In this document: in pieces, positions 29,709 to 40,345 of the stretch
Position numbering within the stretch: the stretch's first letter is position 1
Layout: each line of letters starts with the position of its first letter
Assembly: GCA_965279375.1 (NCBI GenBank)
Contig: OZ257156.1
Location: 1,344,001-1,408,000, forward strand
Direction of reading: 5' to 3'
Source: Gemmatimonas sp.
GTDB taxonomy: Bacteria; Gemmatimonadota; Gemmatimonadetes; Gemmatimonadales; Gemmatimonadaceae
Length of the DNA: 64,000 nt
Notes under the pieces: generated by a model
The model's database searches: none
What the model was told of the DNA's origin: nothing
What the model saw: the letters and a program-made list of their open reading frames with translations, nothing else
Program-made: the position numbers and the translations under genes

Positions 29709-30464
29709 CTACCTCGGTGCTCGCACCTGCCGGATGACGTTGGCGAGCACCTCGGGCTGCTCCTTCTGGATGTAGTGCCCCGCTTTGGGCACGGGTTCCA
29801 GCTGCGCCGCCCCGGTCAGCCGCAGCCAGCTGGCGGCCAGCTTCGTGTCCAGCCGGAGGAGTTGTTCGCCTCCCGCGGGATCACCGACGCTTCGGATGAG
29901 CACGCGCACGGGATACGCGACGGTGTCTGCGGGGAGTGCGTCGAGGCACTGTTCCTGCGCATCAAACTCGCGCTTCATCGTGCCCGAGAAGGTGACCTTC
30001 TTGACGAGTCGCAGCAGCCGAGCCGCGGCGGGCATCTCGCGCTGCATGGCGGCCCAATGCCCGAGCGGGGTTGCATCCACGAGGACGAGCCCGGCGACGT
30101 CGTCCGGATAGCGACGGGCGTACGCATAGGCGTACTGCCCACCCAGCGAGTGGCCGACGAGGACGAACGGAGGTGCGTGCCCCGTCGCGTGCAACTGCGC
30201 ATGGAGTTCGCTGGCCACCGTGCAGGGATCGCGCGGCGCGCTACTGGCCGGTCGCGCGCCGTAGCCCGGGCGATCGTATGCCACCACGCGGATACTGTCA
30301 CCCAGCTGCTGGATGGTCGGCCGCCACACGCGCGCATCGTCGCCGAGTCCCGCGATGAACACGACCGTCGGCGCCGCCGTAGGCGGTTGGGCGGCCAGCG
30401 GTGCGGCGGCGCCGCACATCGCCAGGAGCGTCAGGACGAGCGGGGTACGACAGGGATGCGGCAT
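29709..30464 (-). CDS. Alpha/beta-hydrolase, secreted, reverse-oriented cassette
   Basis: YDRPGYG, GHSLGG, AGHYI. Confidence 0.9.
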   Translation of the reverse strand: MPHPCRTPLVLTLLAMCGAAAPLAAQPPTAAPTVVFIAGLGDDARVWRPTIQQLGDSIRVVAYDRPGYGARPASSAPRDPCTVASELHAQLHATGHAPPFVLVGHSLGGQYAYAYARRYPDDVAGLVLVDATPLGHWAAMQREMPAAARLLRLVKKVTFSGTMKREFDAQEQCLDALPADTVAYPVRVLIRSVGDPAGGEQLLRLDTKLAASWLRLTGAAQLEPVPKAGHYIQKEQPEVLANVIRQVRAPR

Positions 30465-30622
30465 GGGAGCGACTGCAAGAGGGCGCTGGGCACACGTCGT
30501 CTGGGACGCTACCCCACGCCGGAGGCCGGGGTCCCGCGCCGCGCCCGCGCCGGTGAGGTGGGGATGTCCGCGACGCGCTCGTGCGGCATCAGGTGGCGGC
30601 GATCCGATCGGCGTCCGCTGCC

Positions 30623-30733
30623 ACCTAACCTTGCGTTGCGCTTGACAGGGCCTCGAAGAACTACGGCCTTGCTCGTTGCACTCGCCGGCCGCAACCTATG
30701 GTCGGTCCCTGCAGCAGAACGCAATCGTTAGGC
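30623..30733 (+). repeat. attC site
   Basis: ACCTAAC...GTTAGGC. Confidence 0.9.
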
Positions 30734-30755
30734 AACTCACTCCGAGGAATGACCG

Positions 30756-31286
30756 ATGTCGAATGAGACTCTCCCGACGACCCCGCAGCTCCTCGCGCGC
30801 TTCGCCGCGAGCTGCGTCTCCGTGTTTGGCGGCCTGATGGCGGCCATGACGGTGGCCTCACCGCGCGGCCTCACCATGAAGTCCGCCAAGGTCGCTGCGA
30901 TTGAGGTCGCCATGATTGTGGCCGGGTACGCGATTACCAAGTACTGGCTCCCGCGTCGACGCGGCGTGATCACGGGCTCCCCGCGCTCGCACGTGGTGGC
31001 CGGCCTCAGCGCGCCGCTCGTCCTTGGGGCGCTGTCGACGCAGGTGCAAGGCGTGAGCACGGTGGGGATCGCGGCACTCAGCGCGGCCACCGGCACGACC
31101 CTCGCGCTCGCCCATTGGCTCCTAACTCGTCGACCGCCTCGCGCCCCGCAGCCGACGCTTGAGGAGCGCGAAGAAGCCGCGGAGCTCGCACTCGCGCGAG
31201 CGTTGGCCGAGGTGGAGGGGAAGCGCGATGTGATCCCACTGGCGCGACCAGAGCGGACGCGGGACTCGCGCGGACGCGTCGCCTAG
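30756..31286 (+). CDS. Hypothetical membrane protein
   Basis: GAGG RBS, four hydrophobic segments. Confidence 0.65.
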   Translation: MSNETLPTTPQLLARFAASCVSVFGGLMAAMTVASPRGLTMKSAKVAAIEVAMIVAGYAITKYWLPRRRGVITGSPRSHVVAGLSAPLVLGALSTQVQGVSTVGIAALSAATGTTLALAHWLLTRRPPRAPQPTLEEREEAAELALARALAEVEGKRDVIPLARPERTRDSRGRVA

Positions 31287-31475
31287 CGCCCTGCCTCCAT
31301 CCTTCGTCGGCCATCGGGTGCGACGGGTGCACTCGGTACGTCGCGGCCGGAAACGTGCGACGTCGCGACGCTCGCGTGGCCGTGCATCGACGACACGGAC
31401 GCTGGCGCGTGTGCGACGCCTCGGCGTGTCTGACGCATGCTGGCGGACGATGCGGGGCCGGGGGATGACCAAGTT

Positions 31476-31588
31476 GTCTAACAGCGCGTTGCTGCTGGCA
31501 TGGCCTTCACAGAGTGCGGCCAATTGCTCACTGCGGTCGCCAGCCGCAGTTTATGACAGGGCCCTGCAGCCGAACGCAATCGTTAGAC
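31476..31588 (+). repeat. attC site
   Basis: GTCTAAC...GTTAGAC. Confidence 0.88.
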
Positions 31589-31642
31589 CGCGGCCGGGTC
31601 CTGTGGTGACCAGGTAGAATGCCTTCGCGCTGGAGACTCCGT

Positions 31643-32227
31643 ATGTCGCCGATCGTCGACTCCATCCGCGCCGAGTACGAACGCTACCAGGCGTTGGCGG
31701 AGCGCGCGCTGGCCCAAGTACCGGACGCGCTCCTGAGTGCGCCCGGTCCCGGCGGCGGGAACTCGCTGACGGTCATTGCGTGGCATCTCACCGGCAACCT
31801 GCGCTCGCGCTTCACGTCGTTCCTGACCGAGGATGGCGAGAAGCCGTGGCGCAATCGCGAGGAGGAGTTTGCCGCGCGCGTGGTGTCGCGCGAGGAACTG
31901 CACACGCACTGGACCGCCGGGTGGGCGACCCTGTACGACGTGCTCACCACGCTGACGGATGCCGATCTGCAACGGACGGTCACCATTCGTGGGCAACCGC
32001 TGCACGTCCACGACGCGCTGCATCGGTCGCTCACGCATGCGAGCTACCACGTGGGCCAGCTCGTGTACCTGGCGCACGCTCACCGCGGCCCGGCGTGGGA
32101 GTACCTGAGCATTCCGCCCGGGGGGTCGGCGGCCTACAACGCGGCGCCGTCGAGAGAGACCCCGGGGGCGCACATCGCGACGTTGCGGGACCGCCAGTCC
32201 GCGGGCGCTGGCGATCCAGCGGTCTAA
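31643..32227 (+). CDS. DinB-superfamily (DUF1572) protein
   Basis: 'NSL..IAWHLTGNLRSRFTSFLTEDGEKPWRNREEEF', 'HASYHVGQL'; TAA stop in R''. Confidence 0.88.
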   Translation: MSPIVDSIRAEYERYQALAERALAQVPDALLSAPGPGGGNSLTVIAWHLTGNLRSRFTSFLTEDGEKPWRNREEEFAARVVSREELHTHWTAGWATLYDVLTTLTDADLQRTVTIRGQPLHVHDALHRSLTHASYHVGQLVYLAHAHRGPAWEYLSIPPGGSAAYNAAPSRETPGAHIATLRDRQSAGAGDPAV

Positions 32228-32331
32228 CCTTGCGTTGCTCTTGACGGGTTGCGAAGGATGGCAGCCTGTTCGCTGGCGCTCACTGGCCGCAGGCTATTGC
32301 AGGGCCCTGCAAACGTACGCCATGGTTAGGC
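32222..32331 (+). repeat. attC site
   Basis: GTCTAAC...GTTAGGC. Confidence 0.85.
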
Positions 32332-32343
32332 GACAGCACCACG

Positions 32344-33633
32344 ATGCGATGTCCTAGGATCACCTTCTTCTGCGCCCTATCCATGTGTCAACTGCGTTCG
32401 CCGCGCCGTTGGGCGTGCCTCGTGAGTGCGTGGGTGGTGGGTACGATCGCCGGCGCCGGCGCGCTGTCGGCCCAAGCGCCCGCGTTTCGGCTTCCAACGC
32501 CGACGGGACGCGACGCGATCGGCACAACCCGGTTCGTCCTCGACGCCGCTCGTCCGCGCCCGCTGGTGGTGACCGCGTGGTACCCGGCGCGCCGACTCGC
32601 GAAGACCACCCCGCTTGCGCCGTATCTACGCGAGGAAGCCGCCCTGCGGACGATGGCGGCATGGGGCCAGAATCCCGGCCCAATGCTCCTGCGCAACGCC
32701 ACTGTTGTCACGCACAGCCACGTTGACGCGCCCGTGGCGCGCAATGCCCTGCCGGTGGTGGTCTTCTCGCACGGCTATCTGGACCAGCCGAGCAGCTACA
32801 CGGCGTTGATGGAGGAACTCGCCAGTCACGGCTACGCTGTGTTCAGCGTGGCGCATACGGGTGAGACGATGGCGGTCACCCTGCCCGGCGGTCGCGTGTC
32901 GTCGATCTTTCAGGAAACGGGTGGGCTCCAACCAGTGCCTGCCGCGGTGTCGGTGGAATGGCGTGCCGAGGATTCCGTCGCCACGGCCATCACGACCGCG
33001 CCGACCGCCGCGACAGCGGAGGCATTGCTCCGCGCATATCTGCGCGGCATCCCGACGGCGACCGCCGCAATGGAGCGCTGGGCGGACGACTTCCGCCGGG
33101 TCGTCGATGCGCTGGGACGTCACAATGCTCCCCGGTCGGGCTCCCCGTTCGCGCAGCGCCTCGACCTCGCGCAGGTGGCGGCGGTGGGGCACTCGATGGG
33201 AGGCGTGGCGAGCGCAACGTTCTGCGCCCGAGACGATCGGTGCCGCGCGGCCATCAACCTCGACGGCTCGCCGCAGTACGGGGATCTGATCGATCGTCCG
33301 TCGCGGACCCCGTTGCTCATGGTGTACGGGTCGCGCGCGGGCCGCATTGGCGTCAGTGACGTCGCGTATGACCGAGGCGCGGAATACTGGCGCGCCGTGA
33401 TTGACGGGGCGCTCCATCTGAACTTTGGAGACTGGATGTACTGGCCGGCCGACTCGCCCGTTGCCGCTTCGTTGGGCGCCCTAAGTGCCGAGGCGTGCAC
33501 CACCGTGGTCCATCGCGTCGTGCGCGAATTTCTCGATCGCACACTGCGCCGCACGCCCGCGCCCTTGTTCGAGGGGCGCGCATCGCTGCCCGCGTTGACC
33601 CTGACCCAACGCACGGGTGGCCGAGGGCCGTGA
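32344..33633 (+). CDS. Alpha/beta-hydrolase (PAF-acetylhydrolase-like)
   Basis: PVVVFSHG, ELASHGY, GHSMGG, INLDG, H.NFGD; start codon uncertain. Confidence 0.88.
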   Translation: MRCPRITFFCALSMCQLRSPRRWACLVSAWVVGTIAGAGALSAQAPAFRLPTPTGRDAIGTTRFVLDAARPRPLVVTAWYPARRLAKTTPLAPYLREEAALRTMAAWGQNPGPMLLRNATVVTHSHVDAPVARNALPVVVFSHGYLDQPSSYTALMEELASHGYAVFSVAHTGETMAVTLPGGRVSSIFQETGGLQPVPAAVSVEWRAEDSVATAITTAPTAATAEALLRAYLRGIPTATAAMERWADDFRRVVDALGRHNAPRSGSPFAQRLDLAQVAAVGHSMGGVASATFCARDDRCRAAINLDGSPQYGDLIDRPSRTPLLMVYGSRAGRIGVSDVAYDRGAEYWRAVIDGALHLNFGDWMYWPADSPVAASLGALSAEACTTVVHRVVREFLDRTLRRTPAPLFEGRASLPALTLTQRTGGRGP

Positions 33634-33674
33634 GGAGACGCCGGTTCGCCCCGCGCAGCGTCCTCGCGCACTTT

Positions 33675-33785
33675 CCCTAACCTTGCGTTGCGGTAGATTG
33701 GGTTCTCAAGGACTGCCGCCATTGCTCGCTGCGTCGCTGGCCGCATGCTGTGGAAGGGCCGCGCTACGGAACGCGAACGTGAGGT
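33675..33785 (+). repeat. attC site (degenerate cores)
   Basis: CCCTAAC...GTGAGGT. Confidence 0.8.
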
Positions 33786-33816
33786 CGCACCGACAACCCT
33801 CGAGAGAGCCTCGTCG

Positions 33817-34263
33817 ATGTCTATCGTGAAGGTCGTGCCTGTGGTGCTGCGCCGTCACGGTGACCGAACGGAGGTGCTCGTGTTCGAGCATCCACAAGCG
33901 GGCACGCAGCTCGTGAAGGGCACCGTCGAAGCGGGGGAAACGATCGCCACCGCCGCCACGCGCGAGTTGGCGGAGGAGTCGGGCATCGTCGACGCCGTCG
34001 CCGTGCGCGACCTCGGCGTCTGGCATCGGGGGCCGCCCGGTCAGGTGTGGCACTTCTGCGAAATGGCCACGTCGTCTTTGCCCAATGCCTGGGACCACAT
34101 CACCGACGACGACGGCGGCCATCGCTTCGCATTCTGGTGGCATCCGATCGCTGAGCCAGCGCCGTCGAGCTGTCATCCCCTCTTTGCTGACGCGTTAGCG
34201 TTCCTGCAGCCGCGCGTGGCCACCGATCTGGCGTCGTCGCCGTCGCAGCCGTCGCAGCCGTAG
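33817..34263 (+). CDS. NUDIX hydrolase
   Basis: Nudix box GTVEAGETIATAATRELAEESGI. Confidence 0.92.
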   Translation: MSIVKVVPVVLRRHGDRTEVLVFEHPQAGTQLVKGTVEAGETIATAATRELAEESGIVDAVAVRDLGVWHRGPPGQVWHFCEMATSSLPNAWDHITDDDGGHRFAFWWHPIAEPAPSSCHPLFADALAFLQPRVATDLASSPSQPSQP

Positions 34264-34304
34264 CGCGTACGCACTGAATCGCCTCCGTCTCTCGTGGAGC
34301 CCGC

Positions 34305-34880
34305 GTGGACCAGCCGTCGTTGTACACGTCTCGCTTGATCTTGCGCCCGTTCGGGCGCGCAGACGCTCCTGCCGTGCAGCGGCTGGCGGGCGCCGCGGCG
34401 GTCGCGGAGATGACGCTGAACATTCCGCATCCCTACGCCGACGGAATGGCGGAGGCGTGGATCGCAACACTCGGCGAAGCCTGGCGAGCCGGGACCGCGG
34501 TGACGTTTGCGATCACGACCGCGACGGACGGGCTGTGCGGCACCATCGCGCTGCGCATCACGCGCGAGCACGACCGCGGGGAACTCGGCTACTGGATCGG
34601 CCAGCCGTTCTGGGGCCGAGGCTATGCGACGGAGGCGGTTACCGCGGTGCTCGCGTTCGCGTTCGAGACGCTCGCGCTCCATCGCGTCCAAGCCTCGCAT
34701 CTGCCGCGCAATCCGGCGTCAGGGCGCGTGATGCAGAAGGCGGGCATGCAGCGCGAGGGGCTCCATCGGGGACGCTATCGGAAGGAGGCGGCGTACGAGG
34801 ATGTGGAGGAGTACGCGATCCTGCGGTCCGATTGGGACGCGCGCGTTGACCAGCACGCCCGTTCGGGCGGTGCGACCTAA
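34305..34880 (+). CDS. GNAT N-acetyltransferase (RimJ/RimL-like)
   Basis: RLILRP, ELGYWIG..FWGRGYATEA, NPASGRVMQKAG; TAA stop in R''. Confidence 0.92.
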   Translation: MDQPSLYTSRLILRPFGRADAPAVQRLAGAAAVAEMTLNIPHPYADGMAEAWIATLGEAWRAGTAVTFAITTATDGLCGTIALRITREHDRGELGYWIGQPFWGRGYATEAVTAVLAFAFETLALHRVQASHLPRNPASGRVMQKAGMQREGLHRGRYRKEAAYEDVEEYAILRSDWDARVDQHARSGGAT

Positions 34881-34986
34881 CCTTGCGTTGCCTCTGGCAG
34901 GGCTTCCACGGACTGCCGCCATGACTCGCTCCCCTCGCTGGTCGCAACTTGCTGAAGGGCCCTGGAGCACAACGCGAACGTTCGGC
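34875..34986 (+). repeat. attC site (degenerate)
   Basis: ACCTAAC...GTTCGGC. Confidence 0.8.
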
Positions 34987-35350
34987 AGCGGCGGCCCTCG
35001 AGGAGTGCCGACTGTGAGAGCCGCAGTGCGAGCGTACGCGTCGGTGTCTCCAGTACATCACGCGCCGCATCCGCGATCACTCAGGGAACTTGACGGAGTG
35101 TATCGCGCGAATGGCGCGCTCTCCCTGTGGTCGTTCGTCGACGGGGGATGTCAGGTCGAGACAACGCGGTGGTGAAGTGCTGCCTCGACGGCTTCCCGGT
35201 TCAGCGCGTCGTCTCAGCGTAGAACCACGCGCTCGGCGAGTGTGGGGAGAGCGCGGCCCTGCGCGATACGCTCGGTCTCTTCGAACGCGCTAACTTCGAG
35301 CGGCATCCCCAACCCCTCGCGCTCCCGAGCCACAGCCCCGCGCTAACGCC

Positions 35351-37317
35351 ATGTACCCAAGGCTGATTCTTGCAACTCTGTTCGCGGCCGTTGCCGTCTC
35401 CGAGGCGCACGCGCAGGTTGCGCGCTTCACCGCGAAGCCGAGCGTGGTGGATGCGGGCGGCTACTACGCCATCCAATACACGTTCACCGCGGGTGCGGGT
35501 GGCTTCGCGCCGGGCGGCGGCGTCCGCATCGAGATCCCGGTTGCGTACGCGGAGACAGAGTCGTTGCTCTGGAGCGCACCGCAGACGATGACAGCGACGG
35601 CGCCGGGCTATGTCACCGCCAGTGCGTCGAACAGCGCACGCGTTCGCGTGCAGATCGCCGGACTGCTACGCGGGATCATCGAGGCGAACTTCGAAGACGC
35701 GATCCCCGCTGGCACCACGGTGTCGATCCGCTATCAGGGGCAGGTGCAGGGGATCGCCGGTGAGATCGATGCGCGCTATCAGTCACGCGCGACTGCACGT
35801 CAACCATGGGCGACGCCGGCACGCGTTCCGCGCATGACGGTGCGCCCGGCGCGCGCCGAACTAGTCTCCGTCAGCTATCCGTCGGACATCGTGCGCGGCG
35901 CCCCGTTCGCGTTGACGGTCGTCGCGCTGGACCGGTACGGCAACGTCGCCACGCACTTCACGGGTAGTCTACAGCTGCAATCGACGGACACGGCGGCTGC
36001 AATTCCGCGATCGGTCACCTTCCGTGCAGCCGATCACGGCCGAGTCGTCATTCCCGATGCAGTCTTTCGTAGCAACGGCTTCCAGAAGGTCACGGCAACC
36101 GCACGCAACACGATCGCCACCGCGTTCAAGTACGCGATGGTCGGTGAGAGCGCACCGGCGATGCTGCACCTGTTCGGTGACACGCACTTTCACACCGGTA
36201 CGGGAGCACAGAGTCGCGGATTCTTCACGAACGCGACAGGAACTGACGTCAACACGACTGGCACGAGCAACTTCAAGGCGCTCAATCTTGCCGGCGACCA
36301 TCGCGCGAACTTCACGCGCGCTGCGGACGCATACACCTACGCTCGCGATCTCATGCATCTCGACTTCGCCAGCACGGCGGAGCACTCGGCGCCGATCCTC
36401 ACGCCAGCCGCCTGGAGCGGGTCGCAGGATGCGTCCGATGCGTTCGATGTGCCCGGTCTATTCACGACGTTCTATGGCTTTGAATGGACGCCGGACCTGA
36501 ATCACTACGTCGTGCTGTACAAGAACCGATCCGGGCAGCCGATCGGGAATGACAGCCTCCGGGACTTTCCGTCGCTGGCGCGTGCGTTGGAGGCACAGGG
36601 CGTTCCCGTGCTCGCGATTCCGCACGTGTCATGGCCATTCAGCGATCACAACATCTGGCAGGACACGGCGGGTCGTGCATTCCGTCGCGTCGGCGAGATG
36701 TATTCGCTTTGGAACAGCCGACATCTCGTTCAACCCGACGATGATCCACAGCTTTTTGAGTTGGGGGCCGCGAATCGTGGTCCTACCAGCACGCATGGAT
36801 GCGTGGCCTCCGCCTCGGCGTGATCGCTGCAAGCGACAATCACCTCGGTCATCCGGGTGCGAACAATTCGTCCGTGTACGTACGCCACTCGGGTGGACTC
36901 GCCGGCGTGTTGGCCCGCGGCAATGACCGTGAGCAAGTCTGGCGGAGCATGAGTGGGCGCATGACGTACGCGACCACGGGCACGCAGATCTACCTGGATT
37001 TCGCGAGCGACGGGCACGTGATGGGGAGCGAATATGAATCCACAATGCCGCCGCGGCTCACCGGACGCATCGCCGGTACGAATCGACTCGCGTCGGTGGA
37101 AGTCGTGCGTCTCGCTGCAGGGCGCTACGAAACGATCTTCAGCGCAAGCCCGGATCGAGAGACGTTCGCCTTCGATTTCGTGGACACGAGCGTTGTCGGA
37201 CCTGTGATGTACTATCTGCGCGTGAAGCAGGTCGAGGAATACCCGGGTCGATTGTATTCTCACTCCACCGCCGAGATGGCGTGGTCAAGTCCAATCTGGA
37301 TCGACATTCCCAGGTAG
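35351..37317 (+). pseudogene. Secreted PHP-like (DUF3604-type) metallohydrolase, frameshifted near 36776
   Basis: GDTHFHT, LDF..TAEH, GFEWT, IPH in one frame; WSYQHAW..G.RLGVIAASDNH, YATTG, AWSSPIW in another. Confidence 0.8.
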
Positions 37318-37335
37318 CACGGTCCGCCTGTCCCC

Positions 37336-37445
37336 GCCTAACCTTGCGTTGCGCTTGGCAGGGCTTTCACGGATTGCTCCCGGTTCGCTGCACTCATTGG
37401 TCGCATCCTATTGCAGGGACCAGCTGCAGGATCCAATCGTCAGGC
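37336..37445 (+). repeat. attC site (degenerate right arm)
   Basis: GCCTAAC...GTCAGGC. Confidence 0.8.
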
Positions 37446-37665
37446 GTCGTCATCGAAGACGTGGCGTGACGGGAACTCCGCGGTCGCCCGTCCCCGGATC
37501 GAGCCCGTCGGTGCGCGGGCGATCGACCGTGCCGGCCGAGACGGACCACTGGTCGTGGTGGGGTCGTCCGGGCCGGGAGGCCCGGGAATCCCCGACCCGC
37601 GGCGCGTCAGCATCGACGATCGTCTGCTCGTTGCCAGCGTCGTGTCGTCTTCCACCGCGTTCGTG

Positions 37666-38121
37666 ATGACCGCTCGGGATGCCTTTCGTCAGTGGTCGTG
37701 GTTCCGCCGCCCGTGGCGGCTCGAGATCATCGTGCTCTTCGCAGTGCTCTGGCAGGAAGCGCTGCGGCTGGAATGGCGCACCGCGCATCGGGTGCTGCCG
37801 CTCTCCCCACGCCTGACGGCGCTGTACTACTACCAAGCCGGCGACTTCGTGAATGGGTACCTGAACGCCTTTCTCATCGACGGAGTCACCGCGGTCGTGC
37901 GCCAGTCCCGGGCCGGGCGTGCGTCGCTGACGCGTGCGGCGTTCGTCCGACAGGCGCTGGTCGCGAGCGGACTGTCAATCGCGAGCATCGTGGTGATCGA
38001 ACTCGGGCAATCCGCGCTCAATCATCCGGATGTCGCCGACATCCCCGCGGGGGTGGTGGGCGCGCTGCTGTACCTGCTGGTCCGCGTGGCTGCGCTGCGG
38101 GCGGCGCGGCCGGACGCGTAA
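37666..38121 (+). CDS. Hypothetical membrane protein
   Basis: Hydrophobic ORF ending just before attC. Confidence 0.55.
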   Translation: MTARDAFRQWSWFRRPWRLEIIVLFAVLWQEALRLEWRTAHRVLPLSPRLTALYYYQAGDFVNGYLNAFLIDGVTAVVRQSRAGRASLTRAAFVRQALVASGLSIASIVVIELGQSALNHPDVADIPAGVVGALLYLLVRVAALRAARPDA

Positions 38122-38147
38122 TGGGCGGGCGCGGGTGTAAGGATGAC

Positions 38148-38260
38148 GCCTAACCTCGCGTTGCGGTAGACAGGGCCTGTCCGGAGTGCGGCCTATTGCT
38201 CGCTGCGTTCGCTGGCCGCATCCTTTGACAGGGCCCTGCCATAGAACGCGAGCGCTGGCG
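38148..38260 (+). repeat. attC site (R' degenerate)
   Basis: GCCTAAC...GCTGGCG. Confidence 0.8.
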
Positions 38261-38296
38261 AGGGCGCGGCCGCCGAATCCTGTTCCGCATTCGTCG

Positions 38297-38785
38297 ATGA
38301 GCACACCCGAGATCAAGGCAGAAGCCGAGCGGCTACTAACAATCTTGTCGGAGTCGCCACAGCTGATCGCGCGCCTCGCGCACGGATGCGACGACGACCA
38401 GCTGCACCGGACGCCCGCACCGGACGCGTGGTCTGCACGCGACATTCTTGCGCACCTGCGCGCGTGCGCCGTGGTCTGGGGGCGCAGCATAGACCGGATG
38501 CTCGCGGAGGACCATCCTACGCTGCGATACGTCTCGCCCCGGAGTTGGATCAAGCGCACGGACTTCCTCGCGCAGGACTTTCAGCACTCGTTACGGGCGT
38601 TCGCCGCGGAACGAACCGTACTCCTCGGGACGCTGCGTGCCATCGACGCGCACGACTGGATCCGCGGCGCGACGTTCACTGGCACGACCGCCGGAAGGGA
38701 GGCGACGGTGCTCACTCTCGCTCGACGCATCGCCGATCACGAGGTGGGCCATTGGGAACAGCTTCGGCGAACGCTCGGGAGATGA
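38297..38785 (+). CDS. DinB family protein
   Basis: 'WSARDILAHL', 'HEVGHWEQL'. Confidence 0.85.
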   Translation: MSTPEIKAEAERLLTILSESPQLIARLAHGCDDDQLHRTPAPDAWSARDILAHLRACAVVWGRSIDRMLAEDHPTLRYVSPRSWIKRTDFLAQDFQHSLRAFAAERTVLLGTLRAIDAHDWIRGATFTGTTAGREATVLTLARRIADHEVGHWEQLRRTLGR

Positions 38786-38988
38786 CATCCGCCGCACGGG
38801 TGGACCGGTCGACGATCCGCTGTTCAGTGCGGAGAACGCCCTTCCCATTCGAAGCGCCTGTGTGAACCCTGCCGTCTCGTCAACCCTCGATACGTCGACA
38901 GGATCCTGACCGTCCTCACGTGGGTCATCCGCCGCGAGGCCGCGTCCGCGTGACGGCGGGAGCGCGGCCCACTACATCGAGAGGCGCT

Positions 38989-39100
38989 GACTAACCTTGC
39001 GTTGCGGTAGTCACGGATTCCAAGGACTGTCGCCATTGCTCGCTGCGCTCGATGGCCGCATCCTATGACCGGGCCCTGCCGCCGAACGCGAACGTTGTCC
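38989..39100 (+). repeat. attC site (degenerate)
   Basis: GACTAAC...GTTGTCC. Confidence 0.8.
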
Positions 39101-39449
39101 AGCAAGTCCATGGCATCTGCATGCCATCGTCACGTCCTCATCGGTGGGCAGTTGCACAGCAGTCTGCCGTGCACTTCCCAACAGCCGACGAGCGAATTGG
39201 CTCGCGACGCGTGCGGGCGATCTCCCGTGCGGTGTGGAGGAATCGTCCCGTCGTCGGGCGCTCCTGCGTCGGGAGTGTCCATGTGCGTTTGCGATCCGGT
39301 GCTGCTCGCGCACACCGGCGCGCAGGAGTGTTTGCGCCCACGGCCCAGCTGCAGCGTAATTTGAGGCGCCGATTCCTGATCGCCGCCCACGCCTGCGGAA
39401 GCGCGGGAGGAGGTGCGTCGCTGGCTGACCAATCGCTTCGGAGCAGCGT

Positions 39450-39971
39450 ATGGATCCCAATGCCGTCTCCGCTGCCGCGGCCGTCGCGGCCGCGCTCTTC
39501 GCCTTCGGGGCGTTCTTCGTCGCCCAGGTGCAGCTCAAGTCCGGGTGGCGTGCGGCACGGGGGGAGGCCACTAGCAGACAAATCGCCGAGCTGGATCGCG
39601 TGAGAGCGAGTCGCCACGTGGTGTACGCGCTCGGCGACGACTACACGCAGTGGACTGAGTTTGAGTTGCAACATGTCGAGAGCGTGATTCGCGCGTTTGA
39701 CATCTACGGTTTCATGGATCAGCAGCAGTACGTGCCGAGACGGCTCTTGCAGGCGATCTTTGCCACCCCCACGGTGAAACTCTGGGAGAAATGCGCGGGG
39801 TACGTGCATCACCAGCGGACGTTGCGAGGCGAACCCGGGCACATGTGGGAGTTCGAGCAGCTTGCGCGCCGCGCGGCGGTCTTGCTGAGCGAGCATCCTG
39901 CTCGGTCAGGTGGACGTACCTTTCCTCCCAAACCGGATGATCCCCATCCACTGATCGACGCGAGCGTCTAG
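39450..39971 (+). CDS. Hypothetical protein with N-terminal TM helix (DUF4760-like)
   Basis: GGAG RBS; TM then helical domain ending 'W...YV..R......W.FEQLA'. Confidence 0.6.
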   Translation: MDPNAVSAAAAVAAALFAFGAFFVAQVQLKSGWRAARGEATSRQIAELDRVRASRHVVYALGDDYTQWTEFELQHVESVIRAFDIYGFMDQQQYVPRRLLQAIFATPTVKLWEKCAGYVHHQRTLRGEPGHMWEFEQLARRAAVLLSEHPARSGGRTFPPKPDDPHPLIDASV

Positions 39972-39994
39972 CGGCAGTTTCGCCGGCGCTCGCG

Positions 39995-40104
39995 GCCTAA
40001 CCTTGCGTTGCGGAAAGCATGGTCATCGCGGAGTGCAGGCTTGCTCTCTCCGGTCGCTGCCTGCAATCCATTTGAGGGCTCGCGAGCGAACGCGCCCGTT
40101 AGGT
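39995..40104 (+). repeat. attC site (divergent)
   Basis: GCCTAAC...GTTAGGT. Confidence 0.8.
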
Positions 40105-40345
40105 GGCAGCATTCAGGAGAGTGAGGGAGGGGTTGCGACAGGCGACAGTATCGCGCGTCCAACAACGGATCCCGCGGGCGGCGACCCGCCGTCCGCGAGT
40201 CCGGAGGCGGCGAGGCGGCTGCGTCCCGGGCTTGCTTGACACGCTCTGGCGCGGCATCCTCTGCGATCGTCACGATGGCCCCACTCGCGGCTGGTGGCTG
40301 CCTCATCTCCCCGCGGGCTACCCCACCCTGGACCCAACGCCGATC

